A stretch of DNA of 36,765 bases from a virus (Duplodnaviria; Caudoviricetes), in the IMG/VR virus record IMGVR_UViG_3300022208_000015, positions 1 through 36,765 of that record. The stretch is one strand, 5' to 3'. This document shows positions 1 to 7,516 of the stretch, one piece after another. Made by a program: the position numbers and the translations under genes. How positions within the stretch are numbered: the stretch's first letter is position 1; every line of letters starts with the position of its first letter. The notes under the pieces were generated by a model. That model was not told where the DNA came from, did no database searches, and was given only the letters and a program-made list of their open reading frames with translations.

Positions 1-23
1 TCCACCGCCGTCAGCCTTGCCGG

Positions 24-73
24 TGTAGCGCGACACATGGATTGATAGTAAACGACACATGGATTGATAGTGA
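24..73 (+). repeat. Phage end (methylase end): terminal TG plus two tandem transposase-binding-type repeats
   Basis: TGTAGCGCGACACATGGATTGATAGT at 24-49. CGACACATGGATTGATAGT occurs at 31-49 and 53-71 (22-bp period). Confidence 0.9.
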
Positions 74-503
74 TCACTTGGGTCTGGACAGGTGGCAATA
101 ATATTTTTTTGGGGGGGGGTCGCCCGGTGGAAGGGGCCGGGGTCAGAGCCAACCCTGGCCTGCTGGATACCGCGCTGTATTCCTGGCGGCGGCCCCGCCG
201 CCATCTCTGTCAATAATGGATCAACTACCTCCTCCGCCGCCGCGTGGAGGTGCATGATGCGGCGCACTGCACGATGCACCGCCGTGCGGCTGATTTGGGT
301 GCCGCCGGTCAGGCTCACGGCGGCCGCCGCGTCGCGTGGCCACTCGCCACGGGGGGCTTGATTGCCCGACAGGGAGGTTACGCCTCACCCAGTGACACAC
401 GTCAAGAGCAAAGCCAGGACTATTGGCTGGTTATCCATCCGGCCTTACTGCCACTAGCAATCAATCTATTTCGCTGAAGCACGACACATGGTTTGCTTGG
501 TGG

Positions 504-1304
504 TCAGGACCAATTGAGGATAATCAGCTCGGTGGCGCGCTTGACGTGGTTGCCATTCGCCGTTTTGCCGCCGACCGTGTAGGTGATGGGCACCTCCCGC
601 ATCGGCAGACCGGCAAATGCCCTGCGCATCTCGGGGTGGTCGGACACGCTGATGATCATTTTGCCCTTGATGGTGCGGGCCAAGTCGGCCATGCGGTCGT
701 AGTGTTCCAGCACAAACGGTGTGCCGTATCCGGTGGTACTCCAGTAGGGGGGATCACAGTAGAACAGTGTGTGCGGGCGGTCATACCGGGCAATGCAATC
801 CTGCCAGTCCAGATTTTCGATATTCACCCCGGCCAGGCGCGTGTGGACCTCGGACATGGTCTCCTCCAGCGCCACCAGGTTCAGCTTGGGTTTGCTCGTG
901 GTGGAATACCCGTAGGGCCCATTTTTCTTGCCACCGAATGCCAGGCGTTGCAAGTAGTAAAACCGGGCCGCACGCTGGATTTCAGTCAACGGTTCCGGCG
1001 GCATATCCTGGCACCAATCAAACACCTTCCGGCTGGTCACCGCCCAGCGAAACTGGTTGCAGAACTCCACCAGGTGGTGTTTGGCGGTGCGGAAAAAATT
1101 CACCAGTTCGCCATCGATGTCGTTGAGCACCTCAGTTTTGGCCGGATCCTCGCGGGCAAATAGCAGGGATCCGCTGCCCGCAAACACCTCCACGTAGCAG
1201 GAGTGGACCGGGAACATGGGCAGGATCACCGGCGCCAGCCGCCGCTTGCTGCCCATCCAGATGATGGGGCTACGCATAGCCGATGTAAATGGTGTTTTGG
1301 CCAT
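504..1304 (-). CDS. DNA adenine methyltransferase, D12 class (Dam-like), at the Mu mom position
   Basis: Motifs PIIWMGSKRRL, YVEVFAGSGS (SAM binding) and FYCDPPY (catalytic). ATG at 1304 has an AAGGAAG SD, so the ORF-track start at 1448 is probably too long. Confidence 0.93.
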   Translation of the reverse strand: MAKTPFTSAMRSPIIWMGSKRRLAPVILPMFPVHSCYVEVFAGSGSLLFAREDPAKTEVLNDIDGELVNFFRTAKHHLVEFCNQFRWAVTSRKVFDWCQDMPPEPLTEIQRAARFYYLQRLAFGGKKNGPYGYSTTSKPKLNLVALEETMSEVHTRLAGVNIENLDWQDCIARYDRPHTLFYCDPPYWSTTGYGTPFVLEHYDRMADLARTIKGKMIISVSDHPEMRRAFAGLPMREVPITYTVGGKTANGNHVKRATELIILNWS

Positions 1305-1309
1305 AGATG

Positions 1310-1430
1310 ACTTCCTTATGTTGATCCGGTGCCGCGCCGATAAGGGGCGGTCCGGACACCATGGCGCAATCCATGGGGTTTGGGCAGCCGGTGGGGGGTT
1401 GCCGCCCCTCACCGGCACCTTTGTGCCTGC
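1310..1430 (-). promoter_or_regulatory. Putative structured 5' leader of the methylase (GCAA-capped hairpin, anti-SD pairing)
   Basis: Stems at 1387-1416, 1359-1376 and 1325-1356. Loop CCUUAU (1340-1345) is complementary to AUAAGG, which overlaps the SD (1314-1319). Confidence 0.5.
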
Positions 1431-1515
1431 GCGATCACCACAAATCAAACTCCCGGCGGGCGCCCAGTTGCCAGTGCAGGATGATGCCGTTCAGGTTGTA
1501 GGGAGGGGCATTGTG

Positions 1516-3036
1516 TCATGGTATCTGCAGACTGCGGAGTACGGCGCCATTTGCACACATTATCAAGTACAGCCCACCGTAATAAAATACGCATGTGTTT
1601 ACGATCTGAGTAGCCCCAACCGTCCAATCGATGCCGTAATTGTCGCTGGTGAGCACAAATCCATCGTTGCTCACGGCGACAAACAGGGTGCCGGACCAGA
1701 CCACGCTGACCAGGCCGCCGGTGGGCCAACCACTGTTGCGGACTGTCCAGGTGGTCCCGTAGAGGCTGGTGACAATTGTCCCGGTGGCGCCCACGGCCAC
1801 GAACAAAGAGCCGGACCAGATCACTCTGTTGAGCGCGTTGGTGGTGCCACTGAGGATGGCTGTCCAGGTGATCCCGTCGGTGCTGGTGACAATTCTCCCG
1901 GAGGCGCCCACGGCCACGAACAAAGAGCCGGACCAGACCACGCTGTTGAGCGCGTTGGTGGTGCTACTGGAGCGGACTGCCCAGGTGATCCCGTCGGCGC
2001 TGGTGACAATTGTCCCGGTGGCGCCCACGGCCACGAACAAAGAGCCGGACCAGATCACGCTGTTGAGCGCGTTGGTGGTGCCACTGGAGCGGACTGCCCA
2101 GGTGATCCCGTCGGCGCTGGTGACAATTGTCCCGGTGGCGCCCACGGCCACGAACAAAGAGCCGGACCAGACCACGCTGTTGAGCGCGTTGGTGGTGCCA
2201 CTGGAGCGGACTGTCCAGGTGGGACCGTAGAGGCTGGTGACAATTGTCCCGGAGGCGCCCACGGCCACGAACAAAGAGCCGGACCAGATCACTCTGTTGA
2301 GCGCGTTGGTGGTGCCACTGGTGAGGACTGTCCAGGTGATCCCGTCGGGACTGGTGACAATTGTCCCGGAGGCGCCCACGGCCACGAACAAAGAAGAAGA
2401 GCCGGACCAGACCACGCTGTTGAGCGCGTTGGCGGTGCCACTGGAGCGTTCAGTTGTATTGGCGACCGCCAGTCGGTGTGTCAGGGTGACCAGATGTTTG
2501 TTACCGATCCCGCCCACCGTCCACCAGCCGCTGCTGCCATCGGTCACCAGATCCACCACATCGCCTCTGAGCTCCAACCCCAGACTGGTGGCGCCGTCCA
2601 CGGCATCAGACCCGCCGCACTGCACGGTCACGGTGGTGGCCGCCGAATCGGTGCGCACGATGCGGTAGCGCGCGGAGGTCAGCGCATTAGCCGCAGGCAG
2701 GGTCAGGGTGATGCTGCCCCCCGCCGCGTTGACCAGCACCAGACCGATCTGGTCCAGGGTGAGTGTGGCGCTGCTGGCGGAAATGGCGGTTACGTTTGCC
2801 CCGGCAAGCCGCCGCATGCTCTGGCGCAGTTGGGTTTGCACCGTGCGATCCAGAGTGACGCCCCCCGCCTGAATGGCGGCAATCATCTCCTCCTGCACGG
2901 CATTGAACCAGTCCTGCCCCGGCATGGTAGCGGGCACGGCGGCGCCCGGATCCCCTTTCGTGAAATAACCTGGGGTGCCCGCCACGTCCATCGTGGGCGG
3001 GGTGGCGATGGCGGTGGTGGTTTCGACGCGTTGCAT
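1516..3036 (-). CDS. Tail fibre / receptor-binding protein with C-terminal BNR/Asp-box-like propeller repeats
   Basis: The N-terminus GYFTKGDP...PAT...DWFNAVQEE is typical of Mu-like fibre anchors. It follows the gp48-like gene and carries 39-aa repeats containing TSxDGITW. Confidence 0.85.
   Translation of the reverse strand: MQRVETTTAIATPPTMDVAGTPGYFTKGDPGAAVPATMPGQDWFNAVQEEMIAAIQAGGVTLDRTVQTQLRQSMRRLAGANVTAISASSATLTLDQIGLVLVNAAGGSITLTLPAANALTSARYRIVRTDSAATTVTVQCGGSDAVDGATSLGLELRGDVVDLVTDGSSGWWTVGGIGNKHLVTLTHRLAVANTTERSSGTANALNSVVWSGSSSLFVAVGASGTIVTSPDGITWTVLTSGTTNALNRVIWSGSLFVAVGASGTIVTSLYGPTWTVRSSGTTNALNSVVWSGSLFVAVGATGTIVTSADGITWAVRSSGTTNALNSVIWSGSLFVAVGATGTIVTSADGITWAVRSSSTTNALNSVVWSGSLFVAVGASGRIVTSTDGITWTAILSGTTNALNRVIWSGSLFVAVGATGTIVTSLYGTTWTVRNSGWPTGGLVSVVWSGTLFVAVSNDGFVLTSDNYGIDWTVGATQIVNTCVFYYGGLYLIMCANGAVLRSLQIP
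1625..2446 (-). repeat. ~7 tandem 117-bp coding repeats within the tail fibre
   Basis: The unit SSGTTNALNSVVWSGSLFVAVGATGTIVTSADGITWAVR repeats with high DNA identity. Boundaries are approximate. Confidence 0.95.
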
Positions 3037-3048
3037 TATTTGTGTCCC

Positions 3049-3591
3049 TTATGCATAAGCGAATTGGACGGCGACGTGGGCCGGTTTCAGGCGTTTGATG
3101 GCGCACTCCAGCACCTCATTGCCCCAGGTGCGCAGGGGCTCGGTGCAGGGTGATACGCAAGTAAATTCGGCGGTGATCGTCACCGCCGGGGCGTTAACGC
3201 GGAACGTGTGAGCCAAGGGATAGGTGATGGTGACGGTGTACCCCAAGGAGGCGGCCACGGAGATGAAATAGGTCTCGTCCTGTCTCCCCTCCAGGGTGAG
3301 CAGGGTGACGATGGCGGCGCGGCGCTCGGCCAGCGTGGTGGGTGGTGTGGCCAGACAGTCATCCGGCAAGCCCAGCAGCCGCTCCCAATCGGTGATCAGA
3401 TCGTTGGTGGTGTGCGGGTCGGCCTCCTCGATGAGCTGCTCAACGCGCTGGTGGGCGCGGGCCATCTCCACCCCCAGCGCCGCCAGCACCTGTTGCAGCA
3501 CGCTGACCTCCACCTGCGGCCACACCGGGCCATCCGGCAGCAGCGCGGCCAGCGTCAGGCGGTAATTGGCTGCGGTGCCCGCTACGCCCAC
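3049..3591 (-). CDS. Mu gp48-like / YmfQ (DUF2313) baseplate-tail protein
   Basis: Motifs LAALLPDGPVWP, DWERLLGLPD and LECAIKRLKPAH; follows baseplate J. Confidence 0.9.
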   Translation of the reverse strand: MGVAGTAANYRLTLAALLPDGPVWPQVEVSVLQQVLAALGVEMARAHQRVEQLIEEADPHTTNDLITDWERLLGLPDDCLATPPTTLAERRAAIVTLLTLEGRQDETYFISVAASLGYTVTITYPLAHTFRVNAPAVTITAEFTCVSPCTEPLRTWGNEVLECAIKRLKPAHVAVQFAYA

Positions 3592-4634
3592 GTGATGGCC
3601 CCAAACACGCCCAGTTGCTGGGCGCCCAGCACCACATCGGCGGCGGGTGCGGTGAGGGTGTGGTTGCTTTCCCCCGCCGCGCGGCTGATGGCCTCATTGA
3701 TCCACATCAAATACAGCGTGGCGCCCGGTTCCGCTTGTTGCAGCACCAGGTCGCGCAACTCCGCCTCCACCGCCGCCTTGACGGCGGCGGTGGCCGGTAC
3801 CAGCGCGATGGTGAAATTAACGGTCACAGCGGTGGGGGCGGCCACGGTAATTGCGGCGGTAACGGGCCTTTTGCCATTGATGTACGTCTGCACGGCGGTG
3901 ATTTCACCTGCGTCAGGGATGATGCTGCCCGCGTCGTTATCGCGGGCGAACAGCACGGTGGCCTGCCCCGCCGCAGGCGTCGCGGCCAAGCACCAGACGC
4001 GGGTAACCCCTGCGACCTCGCGCGCCCACATGATGTAATCCTCTTGGGTACCACCGTGGGGTGGCTGGCGCAGCCGGGTGACCAGCCGGTTGCGCAAGGC
4101 AGCGTCGGTTTCCGCGTCCGCCCCACCGGACAGCCCGGTGGGGGTGGTGGCGGTGCTGTTGACCCCGGCAATGGGGGCGGTGAGGGTGAGGCTGCTGGCG
4201 GCGGCGGTGTTGCCGTCCGCCCCCGCAACGGCGGCGGTGACGGTGGCCGTGGCCGATCCGGCGGCGATAGTTACGTCGGCAGCCGTCACAAACTCGGCGC
4301 CATCGGCCCGCTGCACGGTGGTGCCCACCGGGATGAGCGTGCCGTTGGTGCCGGTGAACGTAACGCTGCCGGAGGCCTTGGCGGCGGCGGTGCGGGAGAT
4401 ACCCCATAGGGATGCCCAGCGCTCCAGATAATCGGTTTCGGCGGTATCGGGCAGGATTTGACCGGCCAGATGCTGGGTGTAGCCGTAGATGCCGTGTACG
4501 GCCCCGGCCAGTGCGGTGCCCAAAATGTTGAGCACGGTGCGGCGCAGGCGCGCGTCGGCGCCGGGGAGCTGGGCCTCGATGTCGGCCAGCACCCGGTTTT
4601 TGATGTCGGTCAATGTGGGGCGCGTAAACGGCAT
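3582..4634 (-). CDS. Baseplate J-like protein (Mu gp47)
   Basis: Motifs MPFTRPTL, ILPDTAETDYLERWA, GGADAETDAALR and PPHGGT.DY..WA. Confidence 0.95.
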   Translation of the reverse strand: MPFTRPTLTDIKNRVLADIEAQLPGADARLRRTVLNILGTALAGAVHGIYGYTQHLAGQILPDTAETDYLERWASLWGISRTAAAKASGSVTFTGTNGTLIPVGTTVQRADGAEFVTAADVTIAAGSATATVTAAVAGADGNTAAASSLTLTAPIAGVNSTATTPTGLSGGADAETDAALRNRLVTRLRQPPHGGTQEDYIMWAREVAGVTRVWCLAATPAAGQATVLFARDNDAGSIIPDAGEITAVQTYINGKRPVTAAITVAAPTAVTVNFTIALVPATAAVKAAVEAELRDLVLQQAEPGATLYLMWINEAISRAAGESNHTLTAPAADVVLGAQQLGVFGAITWA

Positions 4635-4638
4635 TTTT

Positions 4639-4689
4639 AGACCCTATCAAGACCCTATCAAGACCCTAGACAGACCCTAGACAGACCCT
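4639..4689. repeat. 11-bp tandem repeat (AGACCCTATCA x2, AGACCCTAGAC x2, partial fifth copy)
   Basis: Seen directly; it spans the gp46 stop codon and the gp46-gp47 intergenic region. Confidence 0.9.
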
Positions 4690-5129
4690 GCCCACAAGCG
4701 ATCGAAACGCATGGCCAGGGTGGTGCCGGTGGTGCGGGTGATGGCGATCTGCAACCCCAGCACGCCGGGGGCGGTCCACTCAGCCAGCACGTCCACAGTG
4801 GTGGCGATGCCGTCTGTCACCAGCCACGCCAATGCCGCCGCCGCGTACTCACGGGCGCGCACCAGCACGTCCGCCGTGGCTTTGGCGCGGGTGAGCAGCC
4901 ACAGGCGGCTGCCAGTCTGGTCACCCTCGATATCGGTCAGGGCATCGCCCCACCACCCGCCCCGGCCAGCCACCGGATCCGGCAGCGGGTCGTCGGCGGC
5001 GGCGCGGGCGGCGGTGAACAGGCTAATGAGCACCGCCGTTTGCAGCCCGTCGTCCTGCGCCAGCAGGGCGCCATCCAGCGACAGATCACCGCTGGCGGCG
5101 GTGGCGTCCCATGTGATCCGGGCGTCCAT
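4677..5129 (-). CDS. Mu gp46-like baseplate wedge protein
   Basis: Motifs LQTAVLISLFT, RGGWWGD, GSRLWLL and AREYA..AL.WL. ATG at 5129 overlaps the upstream TGA (TGATG). Confidence 0.93.
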   Translation of the reverse strand: MDARITWDATAASGDLSLDGALLAQDDGLQTAVLISLFTAARAAADDPLPDPVAGRGGWWGDALTDIEGDQTGSRLWLLTRAKATADVLVRAREYAAAALAWLVTDGIATTVDVLAEWTAPGVLGLQIAITRTTGTTLAMRFDRLWAGSV

Positions 5130-5554
5130 CAGCAGGCCCACGGCAGGCGCTTGCCGCCGCTGTAGGCGCGCGCATGGCCCTCGTCAATGAGCGTATCGGT
5201 CAACGATTCGAGGCCGCGCGTCACGCGGGCAAGCTGGCGGCCGTATTTGTCGCGCCCCAGCGTCTCCACCCGCAGCCCCCTGGCGGCGGTCCACGCGGCC
5301 ACAAAATTGCGCGCGGCGACCGCCTTGGCGCGCACGCACGGCAGAGGGTCGTGCATCTCCGGAGTGTCCACCCCGTCCAGCCGAAAAATATCGGTGGCCA
5401 TCAATCCCTCGGCGATATACAACCGCATCTCCAGGGTGTCGCCATCGAGCACGCGGATCACCTCCGCCGTAAACGGGCCAAACGTTTCCGCCCGTGCGGG
5501 CACGGTGGGCCCGCCGAATATCAGTACCGAAACCAGCATGATGATGCTGCGCAT
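5129..5554 (-). CDS. Thermonuclease (staphylococcal nuclease/SNase) family protein with N-terminal signal-like segment
   Basis: Motifs VIRVLDGDTL, RLDGVDTPE, DKYGRQLA and L..GHARAY.GG. The hydrophobic N-terminus ends in ARA-E. Confidence 0.92.
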   Translation of the reverse strand: MRSIIMLVSVLIFGGPTVPARAETFGPFTAEVIRVLDGDTLEMRLYIAEGLMATDIFRLDGVDTPEMHDPLPCVRAKAVAARNFVAAWTAARGLRVETLGRDKYGRQLARVTRGLESLTDTLIDEGHARAYSGGKRLPWAC

Positions 5555-5569
5555 TTGACCCCCTTCTAC

Positions 5570-6235
5570 CTACATTTGTGGGCTGGGCACCCCGCCGCCG
5601 GGGTGGGTGTGGAGATTGTACGTGCTGCGGATGGCGCCCAGGTTGCCGGTGGCGTCGGCCACCGTGGCGCCCACCACGGCCCCGGCGGCGGTTACGGACG
5701 GAGCGGTAACGGCCCCGGCGGCGGTTACGGTGGCGCCAGCGGTGACCGCGCCGGTGAGGGTGCTGGTGCCGGTGACGGTGGTGTTGCCGGTGACGGTGGT
5801 GTTGCCATCCACCTGCAAATTGCCGGTCATGTGTACGACGGGGCTGGTGATGTCCAATTTGGTAGTGGCCGAGACGTCGATGGTTCCGCCCCGTTTGATG
5901 TGGATTCTGTCTCCCTGGTCGGTATAGATGGCCACTTCGCCCTCGGCCAAAGGCTTGAGGCGGTAGCGGCGGTCGTCCACCGCGATCACGATGGGGTGCC
6001 CGGCGTCGCCGCCCACCGCCAGCACCAGCGCCTCTGCCCCCGGATGGGGGTGGGAGGTGAACCCGTAACGCTGCATGTGCTCCACGTCGTCCGCCAGACC
6101 GTCCGGGGGCAGAGTGATCTGCAACGCCTGCCACTGGGCGGCGTCGTTGACCAGTGCCACCACGCCACGCCGGACCATGTTCCGCGCGCGGCGGGTCAGG
6201 GGAGCCAATAATTTGACGATGACGCGCGGAGTCAC
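5570..6235 (-). CDS. Baseplate spike/assembly protein (Mu gp45 / gpV-like)
   Basis: Motifs QRYGFTSHP and DRRYRL..LAEGEVAIY, beta-helix repeats and a C-terminal HTH iron-binding tip motif (YNLHTH). Confidence 0.93.
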   Translation of the reverse strand: MTPRVIVKLLAPLTRRARNMVRRGVVALVNDAAQWQALQITLPPDGLADDVEHMQRYGFTSHPHPGAEALVLAVGGDAGHPIVIAVDDRRYRLKPLAEGEVAIYTDQGDRIHIKRGGTIDVSATTKLDITSPVVHMTGNLQVDGNTTVTGNTTVTGTSTLTGAVTAGATVTAAGAVTAPSVTAAGAVVGATVADATGNLGAIRSTYNLHTHPGGGVPSPQM

Positions 6236-7263
6236 CACACACCCCCCTGCCGTGGCTCCGGCATGGGAATGCGGTCGAACGCCTCCGGGCGGACCATTTC
6301 GATTTGGGTGCGGGTGCCGCCGTCATCCAGAGTATGGGTGACCGAGGTGATGAGCAGGTCGGCCGCCAGCGCCAGTGAGGGCAGGCTCACGCCCACGCGC
6401 GTATTGGGTTGCCACAGGCCGCCCGCGTGGGACCAGCCCGGCACTGTCACACTCACGCGGCGACCGCGCCCGGAGCGCACGTTGCGCTCCCACTCCGCCC
6501 GCACCCGCAGCCCTGCACGGTCCGACGCATCCTCCGCCTGCATCACCAGCGGGCGGTGGCGGCTGATCTCTGTGTCGGTGGCCACTCCCTTGCCTGCGGC
6601 GGCGGCCCCGAAAAGGCCGTCACTGCCCGGCAGCACCCCCACCACGGTGACGGTGGAAAACCGCTCGCGCCAGGTGGCCGCGCCTTCGGCCTCCAACACG
6701 TTTTGCCCCTCCACCAGTTCGGTGGCCACGCGAGTGGTGGTGGCGCGGGTGATGAGCAATCCCCCCGCGCCATCGGCCACCGCCAGCACGCCGCAGATGC
6801 GCGCCAAGCGCTCGATGACCTCCCACACAGTCTCGCCGTGGTCCGCCCTGAATGTGGGCATGACCGGGAGGGTCAATCCCGCCGCCACGGCGACCGGGAC
6901 ACCAAATGGTTTACAGAGCGCCTCGGCGATTTGCCGCATGGTGCGGCTGGGGTACTGTTTATCGGTTACCGAGCAGTCCACCAGGTCGCCTGTAGCGTCA
7001 CGACCGGAGATTTCAATCTCGCGGCTGTCGGCGCGCAGGCGCATGGCCACGTCGTCCACGTGGCCGGTGATGACCGTCTGGCCGTCCATTTGCACGGTGC
7101 AGGCGTCACCGGGGCGGATGTCGCGGCGCACATCCTGCCCCGGCCAGCGGTCCGACACCCCCAAGGAAAACTGTCCCGCCACCTGCTCGATGCCGCGCTG
7201 GATCTGCACGGTTTTCCACCCGCCCCAGCGGGTGCCACCGATGGTGAGGGTGATGTCAGTCAC
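6232..7263 (-). CDS. Baseplate hub protein (Mu gp44/gpP)
   Basis: Motifs GWKTVQI.R.IE...G.F, GRD.TGDLVDCS, GETVWE and WQPN..V. GTG start at 7263 is inferred. Confidence 0.93.
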   Translation of the reverse strand: MTDITLTIGGTRWGGWKTVQIQRGIEQVAGQFSLGVSDRWPGQDVRRDIRPGDACTVQMDGQTVITGHVDDVAMRLRADSREIEISGRDATGDLVDCSVTDKQYPSRTMRQIAEALCKPFGVPVAVAAGLTLPVMPTFRADHGETVWEVIERLARICGVLAVADGAGGLLITRATTTRVATELVEGQNVLEAEGAATWRERFSTVTVVGVLPGSDGLFGAAAAGKGVATDTEISRHRPLVMQAEDASDRAGLRVRAEWERNVRSGRGRRVSVTVPGWSHAGGLWQPNTRVGVSLPSLALAADLLITSVTHTLDDGGTRTQIEMVRPEAFDRIPMPEPRQGGVW

Positions 7264-7516
7264 AGGACCACCCCACCAGGCGCAGATGGCTGGTTGCCCC
7301 GCAATCGGCAAAATGGCAAATAACGGCGGGGGACACGTGACCCCGGTAGTTCACCCGCCGCCCGAGGCCAATGACCGCCTGGGCGCCGCAGCACGGCAGG
7401 CGGATGATGGCTACGGCGGCGGGGGCGGCGGCGCGCTCGGCGGCGCCCGGTTTGCGCCAGGTGGCGCGGCTGTCCAGCGCCGGATTATGCATCAGGTCGT
7501 GGTAGTCCGTAGTCAT
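7256..7516 (-). CDS. Hypothetical Cys/His-rich 86-aa protein
   Basis: It fills the gap between gpN and gpP, with an ATGA overlap upstream and an 8-nt overlap downstream. Contains PCCG...SP..IC....C...SH. Confidence 0.65.
   Translation of the reverse strand: MTTDYHDLMHNPALDSRATWRKPGAAERAAAPAAVAIIRLPCCGAQAVIGLGRRVNYRGHVSPAVICHFADCGATSHLRLVGWSCD

Noticed and set aside
104-119. T7-G9 homopolymer as a phase-variation tract
   Set aside because: It is not inside a credible gene or promoter.
1-438. Minus-strand frame from ATG 438 (MDNQPIVLALLLTCVTG*GVTS...) with an in-frame TGA at 387-385, then open through the phage end
   Set aside because: No recognisable homology, interrupted after 17 codons and running through the end repeats. 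It could be a decayed gene but cannot be supported.
1435-1518. Possible readthrough of the tail-fibre TGA adding HNAPPYNLNGIILHWQLGARREFDLW
   Set aside because: It looks protein-like but is only 26 codons. TGA is clearly used as a stop throughout the genome, and there is no other support.
1625-2446. CRISPR array or DGR template/variable repeat
   Set aside because: The repeats are contiguous in-frame coding units without spacers. There is no reverse transcriptase or cas gene, and the differences are not confined to adenines.
1216-3153. 645-aa plus-strand ORF with HGHEQRAGPDH repeats
   Set aside because: Antisense shadow of the repetitive GC-rich tail fibre gene.
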